Shown here: piece after piece, positions 1 through 8,841 of the stretch
How the letters are laid out: every line of letters begins with the position of its first letter
Numbering within the stretch: the stretch's first letter is position 1
Source of the DNA: Dehalococcoidia bacterium
Lineage (GTDB): Bacteria > Chloroflexota > Dehalococcoidia > Lucifugimonadales > UBA3495
Direction: 5' to 3'
Length of the DNA: 64,000 nt
Assembly (NCBI GenBank): GCA_034420695.1
Contig: DAOULB010000054.1
Span: 78,207 to 142,206, forward strand
Program-made: the position numbers and the translations under genes
Notes under the pieces: model-generated
What the model was told of the DNA's origin: nothing
Seen by the model: the letters and a program-made list of their open reading frames with translations, nothing else
Databases searched by the model: none

Positions 1-371
1 TTTGCCGAAGAGGAGTAGTTGCTGAGGCAGAATACGGAGGCAGCATATTCCTGGAATTCGCTGAAGTGGAAGCGATAACCAAATTACGGGCAGCCGCTAC
101 TGCCTTGGCAGGCCCCGTCTCTGGACCGGAGTCCGACGGCGCTGCCCTGCGTTTTGCTCTGATGCGGCACGCCGGTGTTCCGGAATCGGTGTTCCGGAGC
201 GCAGTGACCTTCGCGGAAGGACTGGTGGAAGGGCTGGAATTGCCCAACTATGCCACGCTCGGGCAATTGGTCTTCATTCGCTTCGAGTCCGACGCCGCCG
301 GCGAAGACTGGAGTACGGGCGGCTGGGCTACCGATCTGCGCTGGCGTATTCTGGCCAGCTATCCCCTGTGA
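1..371 (+). CDS. hypothetical protein, 5'-partial (frame open to left edge of window)
   Basis: The frame of track ORF 66..371 has no stop back to nt 3, so the GTG at 66 is probably internal. No family recognised. Confidence 0.35.
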   Translation, partial: CRRGVVAEAEYGGSIFLEFAEVEAITKLRAAATALAGPVSGPESDGAALRFALMRHAGVPESVFRSAVTFAEGLVEGLELPNYATLGQLVFIRFESDAAGEDWSTGGWATDLRWRILASYPL

Positions 372-404
372 ACCGCAATAAAAGACCTTGAGGAGGACCC
401 TGTC

Positions 405-1283
405 ATGAGCGCCAACGTCAAGCCCACGGCGCGCCTGCGCCAAATGCTCAATTCCGGAGAGCTCATCGTGGCCCCCTTCATCCTCAACGCCCTCCACGCC
501 AGGATAGCCGAGTCTGAGGGCTTTCAGGCGGTGTACATGACCGGCGCCGGAACGGCGGCTGAGCGCGGCTTCCCTGACGTGGGCTTGCTGACCATGACCG
601 AAATGGTGGCCAACGCCAAGTACATCGCCAATGCGGTCGACATTCCTGTGGTCTGCGACGCCGACACCGGTTACGGCAACCCGCTGAACGTGCAGCGTAC
701 CGTGCGGGAGTACGAGTCAGCCGGGGTTGCGGCCATCCACATCGAAGACCAGCTCTTCCCCAAGAAGTGCGGGTTCTTCGATGGCAAGCAGGTGATCCCC
801 AAGGAGGAGATGGTGCAGAAGATCCGGGCGGCCCTGGACGCCCGCTCAGACCCGGACTTTGTCGTCATCGCCCGTTGCGATGCCTACGCCGTCACCGGTT
901 GGCAGGACACCTTGGATCGCTGCCGGGCCTACGTTGAGGCCGGAGCCGACATGGTGTTCGTAGATGGCATCAGGACCGTGGACGACCTCAGAAACTATGC
1001 AACGGACTTGGCCGACCTGCCCAGGCTGTACAACGGAGACCTGCTGCCTACCAATGAGGTGGCCGAGCTTGGCTACCGGCTGATGATATGCGGCAGTACC
1101 ATCTGGCTGGTGTACCAGCAGGTGCGGGACGCATTCCGGGAACTCAAGAGCCAGGGAAAAGTTGATTCTGCCAGGTATGGCACCCGCATGGACGTGGCCG
1201 GGTTGCTGGGACTCGACCAAGTCTACGAACTAGAGCGGAAGTACGGCGTCACCGAGCCCCAGGCGGTGCCAACGGCCGATTAG
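405..1283 (+). CDS. isocitrate lyase / PEP mutase superfamily protein (methylisocitrate lyase / carboxyvinyl-carboxyphosphonate phosphorylmutase-like)
   Basis: GAGGAGG SD just upstream of the ATG. Superfamily motifs VVCDADTGYGN and AAIHIEDQLFPKKCG (K-K/R-C-G active-site loop with Cys retained). Confidence 0.85.
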   Translation: MSANVKPTARLRQMLNSGELIVAPFILNALHARIAESEGFQAVYMTGAGTAAERGFPDVGLLTMTEMVANAKYIANAVDIPVVCDADTGYGNPLNVQRTVREYESAGVAAIHIEDQLFPKKCGFFDGKQVIPKEEMVQKIRAALDARSDPDFVVIARCDAYAVTGWQDTLDRCRAYVEAGADMVFVDGIRTVDDLRNYATDLADLPRLYNGDLLPTNEVAELGYRLMICGSTIWLVYQQVRDAFRELKSQGKVDSARYGTRMDVAGLLGLDQVYELERKYGVTEPQAVPTAD

Positions 1284-1382
1284 AACCCGGTCCCGGTCTA
1301 TATCCTGTTAACATTCGCTCAGGGCGAAATGCGGCTCAAGAGGCAGGCCTAAACGCGTAACAACGCCTGCGGCACTAGCGCG

Positions 1383-2270
1383 TCAGTGCCCCACCCGGTC
1401 CTGGAAGTCCCGTTCGGTGGTCTCGGCTTCTACCTGCTGGTATTCCGGCAGGCTGATCAGGGCTTCCACCTCCGCCCGCATCTGGGCCACCTGCGGAGCG
1501 TTTATCCCAATGTGTCCTGTGTCCCTAAGGCTCTGATAGATGCGCCGTACACCGTCCACCGCGGCGATGATCGAGGACGTGGCGTAGATAATCGCTTGGC
1601 ACCCCAAGTCGTGGTACTCCTGTACCGTGATGTCGTCGGCGCCCGCAATGACTATCAAGGGCACGTCCGGCACGCCTTTCCGGAAAGTGTCCAAATCTTC
1701 CCTCTGCCGCACTCCCCTGGGCATCACCATGTCAACCCCGAGGTCCCGCAGTGCGTTGCCCCGGCGGATGGCCTCGTTCATATCGCCTTCGACGGCCGAG
1801 AAGGCGTCGGTGCGCCCGATAATCATGAAGTCGGGGTCCCGGCGGGCCTGCAGCGCGTATCCAATCTTCTGCAGGAATTCGTCCAAAGGAATGACGTGCT
1901 CCAGCCCGGCGTGGTACGAAGCCCGCTTGGGGAAGAACTGGTCTTCTATGTGGATGGCGGCGATGCCCGCCGCTTCGAAGGAACGCACCGTGTGCATGGC
2001 GTGCACCGGCTCGCCGTATCCGGCGTCGGCGTCGCAGATCACCGGCAGCGCCACCGCCCTGGCCACCTTCTCCCCGACCGAGATCTGTTCGGTCATGGTC
2101 ATCAACGGCTCGGTGACCGCCAAGTGTGCTCCTGAGATGTAGCCGCCGCAGTAGATGGTGTCGAACCCCAGCGACTGAACTAGCCGTGCGGTAATGGGAT
2201 CGTAAGCTCCCGGGGCCACTATGGGCTCTCCGGCATTCAGCCTGGCCCGCAAATCGGTCCTAACTGACAT
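1383..2270 (-). CDS. isocitrate lyase / PEP mutase superfamily paralog lacking the loop cysteine
   Basis: Motifs VICDADAGYGE and AAIHIEDQFFPKRASYH. Same fold signatures as 405..1283, but the K-R-C-G-H cysteine is replaced by Ala-Ser. Confidence 0.85.
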   Translation of the reverse strand: MSVRTDLRARLNAGEPIVAPGAYDPITARLVQSLGFDTIYCGGYISGAHLAVTEPLMTMTEQISVGEKVARAVALPVICDADAGYGEPVHAMHTVRSFEAAGIAAIHIEDQFFPKRASYHAGLEHVIPLDEFLQKIGYALQARRDPDFMIIGRTDAFSAVEGDMNEAIRRGNALRDLGVDMVMPRGVRQREDLDTFRKGVPDVPLIVIAGADDITVQEYHDLGCQAIIYATSSIIAAVDGVRRIYQSLRDTGHIGINAPQVAQMRAEVEALISLPEYQQVEAETTERDFQDRVGH

Positions 2271-2325
2271 TCTCTTTACACCTTCGTACCGGGCTGGGTT
2301 CCTGCCTTACCCTTAAAGCTCCCCG

Positions 2326-3279
2326 TCAGTCCTGCGGCACCAGGGTCATCACTTCCCGGGAAAAACGTTCCATGTTCTCCTGCAACGCCGCCGCCTCATC
2401 GCCGGCAAAGCCGATGATGAAATTCTTCACTCCCAAGTCCTGGTACTGACGCAGGTCCGCCGCTATCTGCTCGGGGCGCCCGCTCATCATGCGGCGGTCC
2501 CGGCCGGCCGGCTCTTCAAAAACGACGTTGGTGCTGAATGTGACATCCACCGCATCTTCGGGGCGTCCCGCCCGGGCCGTCAGGGTGCGCAGGCGGGATA
2601 TTTTGGCCGCCATTTCCTCGGGCTCCAGTATTGCCGGAGGGCGGAGGCCGATGGGCATCCAGCCGTCCCCCAATTGGGCCGCCCGGCGAATGGCAGGCCC
2701 GGTATGCCCGCCGACCCAGATGGGTATATGGGGTTTCTGCACCGGCTTCGGCTCGAACCCGGCACCCGAGAGCTTGTAGTATTCCCCATCGAACTCGGCG
2801 AGATCCTTGGTCCACAGCTCTTTGTACAACCGCAGGTACTCGTCAGTCACTGCTCCCCTGACCGGATAAGTGTCCAAGCCCAAGGCCTGGAACTCCTCCT
2901 CCATCCAGCCTACCCCGATGCCCAGGATAACCCGGCCCTCCGAGAGCACGTCCAAGGTGGACAACTGCTTGGCGGTGGTAACCGGGTTGCGGTAGGGAAC
3001 AATCAGGACATGGGTGCCTAAGCGCACCCGTTGAGTGCACCCGGCCAGGAAGTTCAAGGTGGCTATCGGCTCATAGTAGGGTTGGTCTGGCTTGAAGGTT
3101 GCCACGCCGTCTTCGGCGTAGGGATAGAAGGACTTCACATCATGGGGCAGAATGATGTGGTCGCTCACCCAGATTGAGTCGTACCCCAAGTCTTCGGCCC
3201 GCTGGGCCAGGGAACGGAGGGACTGGGGGCTGGACATCGGCCCGCGGGATGGCATTGAACATCCGAAAGTTGCCGTCAT
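2326..3279 (-). CDS. LLM-class (luciferase-like) flavin/F420-dependent oxidoreductase
   Basis: Luciferase-like motifs (LGYDSIWVSDHI, LGIGVGW, IPIWVGG). I prefer the ATG at 3279 (MTATFG..) because GGAGG lies 6 nt upstream. The track ATG at 3294 overlaps that SD. Confidence 0.8.
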   Translation of the reverse strand: MTATFGCSMPSRGPMSSPQSLRSLAQRAEDLGYDSIWVSDHIILPHDVKSFYPYAEDGVATFKPDQPYYEPIATLNFLAGCTQRVRLGTHVLIVPYRNPVTTAKQLSTLDVLSEGRVILGIGVGWMEEEFQALGLDTYPVRGAVTDEYLRLYKELWTKDLAEFDGEYYKLSGAGFEPKPVQKPHIPIWVGGHTGPAIRRAAQLGDGWMPIGLRPPAILEPEEMAAKISRLRTLTARAGRPEDAVDVTFSTNVVFEEPAGRDRRMMSGRPEQIAADLRQYQDLGVKNFIIGFAGDEAAALQENMERFSREVMTLVPQD

Positions 3280-3374
3280 GGGAAACCTCCACAAAGTAAA
3301 ACGGAAGCGGTTGGGTGCTTGAAGAGTTGCGGGAAACCCCCCAAGGCTGCAGGCTTGGGGTTGGATTGGCCGGA

Positions 3375-3403
3375 ATTTTAGCCGTGGGCAATAGTGGTGT
3401 CAA
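3375..3403 (-). promoter_or_regulatory. sigma-70-like promoter TTGACA-N17-TAAAAT for the LLM gene
   Basis: Minus strand reads TTGACA ccactattgcccacggc TAAAAT. The ~90-nt leader contains the hairpin CCCCAAG..CTTGGGG (3337..3358). Confidence 0.4.
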
Positions 3404-3499
3404 TTTGGGTTCTCCCTTGCCGGAGGGCCAGCGCTGGAAGCCATCCGAGTTGAACGGCTATATCCCCTGTGCTAGGCTGGATATCGAGGAATCGCAGAT

Positions 3500-4597
3500 A
3501 TGTCGGAAAGAGTTGTAGTCGCAATGAGCGGCGGGGTGGACTCGTCGGTGGCCGCCTTGCTGTTGCATCAACAGGGTTATGACGTGGTCGGCGTCACCAT
3601 GAAGTTGTACAGCCTGGAAGAAGCCGACCTTCCCCCCTACTACCAGGGTTGCTGCACCCTGGACGACGTGGAAGACGCCCGGCGGGTCTGCGGCCTCCTG
3701 GGAGTGCCCCACTACGTGCTGAATGTACAACGGGAGTTCCAAGAGCACGTCATCGATTACTTCTGCTCCGAATATGGCAAGGGCCGCACTCCCCATCCCT
3801 GCATTGCCTGCAATGACAAGATAAAGTTCAATTTCCTGATGAACCGGGCGGCGGCGCTGGACGCATCCTGCGTCGCCACAGGACACTACGCCAGGATTGA
3901 ACGCGGCCCCGGCGGCTATACCCTGAGCAAGGGTGTGGATGCCTCCAAGGACCAGTCATACGTACTGTTCGGCATGGGCCAGCAGGAACTTGCCCGCACC
4001 TTGATGCCGGTGGGCGGGTTCCCCAAGGATGAGATTCGCCGGTTGGCCCGGGAGGCCGGGCTGGTTAACGCCGATAAGCCCGACAGCCAGGACATCTGCT
4101 TCATTCCCTTCGGGGACTACAAGTCCTTCCTGAAGGAGAACACGATCCAACGGCCCGGCGACATCGTGGACATGGAAGGAACCGTGCTGGGCCGCCACGA
4201 GGGGATTGAGTTCTTCACCGTGGGGCAGCGCCGGGGTCTGGGGCTTCCCGCCGGCGACCCCCGGTACGTTATACGTTTGGAGCCCGGCTCCGACCGGGTA
4301 GTGGTGGGTCCTGCCTCCGCGCTTTTCAGTGACCGGATGCTGGTGTCCAACGTCAATTACGTGCAAGGCCTTCCGTCAGAGGCGGAGCTAAACGTGTCGG
4401 TGAAGATTCGCTACAAGTCCCAGGAGTCCAAGGCCGTGCTCCACCCTCAGGGTGAAAATGTTCTCGTTCATTTCGAAGAGCCGCAGCGGGCTGTAACACC
4501 GGGTCAGGCTGCTGTCTTCTACCAGGGAGACCTTCTGCTGGGCGGCGGGTTCATCGAGGCTGGTGTGCCGGCCCCTTTGACCACGGTGGCGGGATGA
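3500..4597 (+). CDS. mnmA: tRNA-specific 2-thiouridylase MnmA
   Basis: N-terminal PP-loop VVVAMSGGVDSSVAA. Full-length colinear MnmA-like sequence (365 aa). Confidence 0.95.
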   Translation: MSERVVVAMSGGVDSSVAALLLHQQGYDVVGVTMKLYSLEEADLPPYYQGCCTLDDVEDARRVCGLLGVPHYVLNVQREFQEHVIDYFCSEYGKGRTPHPCIACNDKIKFNFLMNRAAALDASCVATGHYARIERGPGGYTLSKGVDASKDQSYVLFGMGQQELARTLMPVGGFPKDEIRRLAREAGLVNADKPDSQDICFIPFGDYKSFLKENTIQRPGDIVDMEGTVLGRHEGIEFFTVGQRRGLGLPAGDPRYVIRLEPGSDRVVVGPASALFSDRMLVSNVNYVQGLPSEAELNVSVKIRYKSQESKAVLHPQGENVLVHFEEPQRAVTPGQAAVFYQGDLLLGGGFIEAGVPAPLTTVAG

Positions 4598-4696
4598 AGG
4601 AGCCAGTCAGATAGCCCCTGCTTTTGGGGTACGTCCCGGGTAACCGGTTTTCGGCTGATAGACCTCGTAGTTGGGAATGACGATGGGAGGTGGTCC

Positions 4697-5344
4697 ATGC
4701 CGGACTTGACAATGGAGCTTGAATTGCGCCGGCGGGGCATAAACTTGGTTGCCGGGGTGGACGAAGCGGGAAGGGGCCCCTTGGCCGGGCCCGTTGTTGC
4801 AGCCGCCGTTATCCTGCCGCCGGACCTGACCGGAGATGAGCCCTGGCTGGAGTTGCTGGACGATTCCAAACGGCTGCTTCCGGCCCGGCGCCTGCGGGCG
4901 GTGGAGGCGGTGCAGAAGCACGCTCTTGGCATGGGAGTGGCCCAGTCCTCGCCCCAGGAAATCGATGCCCTGGGAATTGGTGCCGCTACTGTGGAAGCCA
5001 TGATGAGGGCCGTGGAAAACCTGGCTTGGCAGCCCGCGCACCTTCTGCTGGACTTTGTGCATATCTCCAGTTGTCCCTTGCCCTACGATACAGTGGTCAA
5101 GGGAGACAGCCGCAGCTATTCCATAGCCGCCGCCTCCAACGTGGCCAAGGTCACCCGGGACCGGCTCATGCAGGAGGCTGACGCCCTCTACCCCGGTTAT
5201 TTCTTCGCCCGCCACAAGGGCTACCCTACCCGGGAACACATGGCCAGGTTGAACGCCCTGGGGCCTTGCCGCATTCACCGGCGCTCCTTCGGGCCGGTCC
5301 GGGACGCCGCCCGTCAACCGGCTGATGCGGCCAGCATGGCGTGA
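4697..5344 (+). CDS. rnhB: ribonuclease HII
   Basis: AGVDEAGRGPLAGPVVAAAV and DSKRL motifs. GGAGGTGG SD upstream. Confidence 0.95.
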   Translation: MPDLTMELELRRRGINLVAGVDEAGRGPLAGPVVAAAVILPPDLTGDEPWLELLDDSKRLLPARRLRAVEAVQKHALGMGVAQSSPQEIDALGIGAATVEAMMRAVENLAWQPAHLLLDFVHISSCPLPYDTVVKGDSRSYSIAAASNVAKVTRDRLMQEADALYPGYFFARHKGYPTREHMARLNALGPCRIHRRSFGPVRDAARQPADAASMA

Positions 5345-5345
5345 T

Positions 5346-5756
5346 ATGCCGTCGGCTAGGTCCAGGCTCGGCGACTGGGGAGAAGATATCGCCGGCAGGT
5401 TCTTGGAAGCCCGGGGGTTTCGGATACGGGACCGCAAGTACCGGTGTCCCCGGGGCGAGATAGACTTGGTGGCAACGGAAGGCAAAGAACTGGTCTTTGT
5501 GGAAGTGCGCACTCGCCGCAGCAACCTTTATGGGACCCCTGCTGAATCAATCACCCCTGCCAAGGCCCAAAGGCTCATTGCCGCTTGTCACCATTACGTT
5601 CAACACTTGGATTTTTCTGGTGATCAGGTAACAATGGAAGCCGGGTCCGCTCCCGCGCCGGCTTGGCGAATAGACTTGGTGGCGGTGCAACCGGTGCCTG
5701 GGAAGCCCCCTCTAATTGACCACCTGCGGAACGCAGTGGAAGAGCAGAGCGTCTAA
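5346..5756 (+). CDS. yraN: YraN-family (UPF0102) endonuclease
   Basis: GEDIAGRFLEARGF..GEIDLVA..VFVEVRTRR motif. The ATG at 5346 directly follows the rnhB stop (TGATATG). The track start 5325 is an alternative. Confidence 0.85.
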   Translation: MPSARSRLGDWGEDIAGRFLEARGFRIRDRKYRCPRGEIDLVATEGKELVFVEVRTRRSNLYGTPAESITPAKAQRLIAACHHYVQHLDFSGDQVTMEAGSAPAPAWRIDLVAVQPVPGKPPLIDHLRNAVEEQSV

Positions 5757-5945
5757 AATGGCGCTGTCAGGCGGCAGGTGAACAGGCCCAGCAGGAATAT
5801 CAGGGCCACCAGTACCATGATTGCCAGGCAGGAGTAACGTCCCATTTCAGGTCAACCAGCAGCTAAAGGGAATTCCGGGCTGCGCTTCAACTATAGGCCG
5901 GCAGGTCGGATAATTGGACAGAGTATATCTTAGAACCCTTGGCTC

Positions 5946-7091
5946 GTGGCCGGCAGGAGGAATAATTTGCCCGAAGACCCTAGAGACGCCGTTATAGTGG
6001 GCGGAGGCATAGTTGGATGCTTGACCGCCTATCTCCTGGCCAAGGAGGGACTGAAGGTCACCCTTTGTGAAGCCGATTCGGTGGGCAGCCACGCCTCCGG
6101 GTTCGCCTTCGGTGAAATGGGGGCCACCGAGGGGGCGGGAATTCCGGACCCCCTTCTGGACTTCAGCATCTGGTCGCTTCAACGCCACATAACCTTGGCC
6201 GATGAACTCAAGAGCGTATCCGGCGTCGACAACCAGCACCAAGTATGCAACCGTCTCAAGCTGGCTTTCACTCCCGAAGAGGCTGCGGACTGCAAGAAAG
6301 ACCTGCCATGGCAGCAGAATGTGAAGGAATTGCAAGTGGACTGGCTCGAGCCCTCGGAAGTGATCAAGGTGGAGCCCTCGGCCAACCCCGGCTGCATCGG
6401 TGCTACCCTAGTTCAAGGAGCAGGTTCGGTCGAGCCCTACCGTTATACCTTGGCGGCGTGGCAATCGGCGGAAAAGCTGGGCGTGGAATTCATCCCCCGG
6501 CGGGTTACAGGCCTGGTTTCTGAGGGAGGTAAGTGCTTGGGTGTGTCTTACGATGGCGGCCGGGTTGACGCCGGAATTGTAGTCCTGGCAATGGGTCCCT
6601 GGAGCGGTCAAGCCTCTGATTGGTGTCGCTTCCGCGTGCCGGTGGAGCCCCTCAAAGGGCAGATTCTGAGGCTGCAGCACGGCGGCAACCCGGTGAAGAC
6701 CTCCATCCACTACGGAGGCAGCTACGTGGTCACCAAGCCCGACGGCTTAACCTGGGCTGGGACTACCGAGGAACGGGTGGGCTTCGACGACCACCCAACC
6801 CCCGCGGCTAGGGACAAGATAATGGCCGATCTCCTGACCATGGCCCCCTCATTGAGCGACGCGGAGTTGGTGCAGCAGACGGCCTGCCTGCGCCCATTGT
6901 CTGCCGATGGCCTGCCCATCGTCGGCAGGGTGCCCGGCTGGGAGAACCTCTACCTGGGGACGGGGGCGGGCCGCAAGGGCATCCTTTGGAGCACCGGCAT
7001 GTGCCATGGCTTGGCCAGCCTGATACTGAAGGGTTCAACCGAGGTGCCCGGCGTGTCGGCCTTGGACCCGGCCCGTTTCAGCGGAGACTGA
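5946..7091 (+). CDS. FAD-dependent oxidoreductase (DAO / glycine-D-amino-acid oxidase family)
   Basis: N-terminal dinucleotide fold VIVGGGIVGCLTAYLLAKEG..V.L.E. Length and C-terminal GxG..G pattern are typical of the DAO family. GTG start. Confidence 0.85.
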   Translation: MAGRRNNLPEDPRDAVIVGGGIVGCLTAYLLAKEGLKVTLCEADSVGSHASGFAFGEMGATEGAGIPDPLLDFSIWSLQRHITLADELKSVSGVDNQHQVCNRLKLAFTPEEAADCKKDLPWQQNVKELQVDWLEPSEVIKVEPSANPGCIGATLVQGAGSVEPYRYTLAAWQSAEKLGVEFIPRRVTGLVSEGGKCLGVSYDGGRVDAGIVVLAMGPWSGQASDWCRFRVPVEPLKGQILRLQHGGNPVKTSIHYGGSYVVTKPDGLTWAGTTEERVGFDDHPTPAARDKIMADLLTMAPSLSDAELVQQTACLRPLSADGLPIVGRVPGWENLYLGTGAGRKGILWSTGMCHGLASLILKGSTEVPGVSALDPARFSGD

Positions 7092-7149
7092 TTCCCGTGC
7101 CTGGTCACTTAGCTCGGCCGTTTTTCCCTGGGGCGTCGCAGGCCCGTTC

Positions 7150-7839
7150 TCAGCCGGTGGATTTGCGGGCCACCAGCAGGCCGTTTTCCCTTGATACTTT
7201 CATGGCAAAGGGGTAACGGTTGACCTCCAATGCCAGTTCCACGTCCTTGGGATGGTACTGCGGCTGAGATGGATCAAAGAACTTGACGGTGGCGCCGCCT
7301 TCCATGATCAGTTTCGCTGCCGACGGAGCGTCGGGACTCCGTCCCTCCAGCAGGTTCCGCAGGAACAGCGCGCAATGCTCGTCCTCGTCGGAACGCACCC
7401 TTCCTTGGTCCCCCATGGCCACCACCGTCACCAAGCCGGGATTCTCTGCTCTTACGGCGTCGACGGTCGCTTGGGCCACTACGAACGAACCCAGGTAGAT
7501 GGTGTCGGCCGCTGCCGCTGCAGCCACTCCCACGGTACCCGCTCTGGTGGACTGGATGACCGTCTTTCCGGAGAAGTCGTAAGAGGACGCCTCGTAGGGA
7601 GAATTGCCCAAGTCAAAGCCGTCGGGACGGCGGCCGTCAACTTCCCCCATCAGGATGTCGTGACCACCCCGGCGGTACAGCTCCAGGGCGTCTTCCGCCT
7701 CGGCGACCAAAGTAATGCTCCGGGCGCCCCGGTCAAAGGCGATTGCCGCCGTGGTGAATGCCCGGAATACGTCGATGATGATGACGACGCCCCGGGCCTC
7801 TTGGGCCCCGCGGATGAGACTTCCCAGTTCAACTTGCAT
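7150..7839 (-). CDS. comB: 2-phosphosulfolactate phosphatase (ComB) family protein
   Basis: VIIIDVFRAFTTAAIAF near the N-terminus and GNSP motif. ~230 aa, as expected for ComB. Confidence 0.8.
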   Translation of the reverse strand: MQVELGSLIRGAQEARGVVIIIDVFRAFTTAAIAFDRGARSITLVAEAEDALELYRRGGHDILMGEVDGRRPDGFDLGNSPYEASSYDFSGKTVIQSTRAGTVGVAAAAAADTIYLGSFVVAQATVDAVRAENPGLVTVVAMGDQGRVRSDEDEHCALFLRNLLEGRSPDAPSAAKLIMEGGATVKFFDPSQPQYHPKDVELALEVNRYPFAMKVSRENGLLVARKSTG

Positions 7840-8028
7840 GGCTGTCCTTGGCTGGTGTGGCCGGTGGTATAGATTCGCCGGGAGACAATCCGGGGAAATT
7901 CTAGCACCAATCCTGCTGAGCGGCCCGCCGTTGCCTGGAGCTTTGGGCGGTTGCTATCATGGAACCGTCAACCGGGCGGTTCCTCAAGCGCGGGATTGTC
8001 CCGGCAATCGTTAAGGAAGGTGGGTTGA

Positions 8029-8736
8029 ATGACCCAGGCAGAGGAACCCAAGGGCAGGCGCGACTTCGTAAAGTACTCCTTCTTCAAGGTCTCCCCTCAG
8101 TGGCGCCAGTTGCCCCAAGACCGCCGGGAGCGGGAAAAGCGAGAATTTGCCGACGTAATCGGCGAGTTTTCCGACCGGGTAACCATGGCCAGCTACAGCT
8201 TGGTGGGCACCCGCGGCGACGTGGATTTCCTGTTGTGGAAGATCAGCCCCGAGCTGGACGCCATAGACCAGATGATGGCCCAGCTCAACCGCACCGCCTT
8301 GGCCGGCCACTTGGCCATGCCCCACTCCTACCTGGCCATGACCCGGCGCTCACCCTACGTCGACCAGCACCAGCACGCCGGACAGGAAGGAACAACCGCC
8401 ACCATGCGCATAGTGGGCCGCAAGTTCCTTTTCATCTATCCCTTTGTGAAGACCCACGAGTGGTACCAGTTGCCCTTGGAGGAGAGGCAACGGTTGATGA
8501 GTGAGCACTTCACCATCGGGCACCGCTACCCCGACGTGAAAATCAGCACGGCCTATTCCTTTGGCTTGGACGACCAAGAGTTTGTGCTCGGGTTCGAGAC
8601 CGATGACCCGGCCAACTTCCTCGACTTGGTGGCCGACCTCAGGGAGTCCCAAGCCCGCCCCTACACCGAAAGGGACACCCCCATTTTTAGCTGCCTAGCC
8701 AAGCCACTTGAGGCCTGCCTTGGCGATTTGGGCTAG
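8029..8736 (+). CDS. hemQ: chlorite dismutase-family protein, HemQ/ChdC-like coproheme decarboxylase
   Basis: YSFFKV..WRQLP N-terminus and FLFIYPFVKTHEWYQLP..R..M.EH motif, typical of the Cld/HemQ family. Confidence 0.85.
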   Translation: MTQAEEPKGRRDFVKYSFFKVSPQWRQLPQDRREREKREFADVIGEFSDRVTMASYSLVGTRGDVDFLLWKISPELDAIDQMMAQLNRTALAGHLAMPHSYLAMTRRSPYVDQHQHAGQEGTTATMRIVGRKFLFIYPFVKTHEWYQLPLEERQRLMSEHFTIGHRYPDVKISTAYSFGLDDQEFVLGFETDDPANFLDLVADLRESQARPYTERDTPIFSCLAKPLEACLGDLG

Positions 8737-8776
8737 CCCGGGCTGCCCGGGAGGGCTGAAGCACAGAAACGGAAAC

Positions 8777-8809
8777 GGGGTGCGCCACTCGGCGCACCCC
8801 GTTCTCTTT
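8777..8809. terminator. bidirectional intrinsic terminator between convergent hemQ and aconitase
   Basis: GGGGTGCGCC actc GGCGCACCCC 10-bp stem. T-rich runs on both sides (gttctcttt on plus, gtttccgtttc on minus). Confidence 0.6.
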
Positions 8810-8841
8810 GAGGCCAAGGGAGGGTTTCCCGGGGAGACTCG

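Noticed and set aside
66-371. The GTG at 66 as the true start of the first ORF.
   Set aside because: The frame stays open to nt 3, so the gene most likely begins left of the window. I report it as 5'-partial instead.
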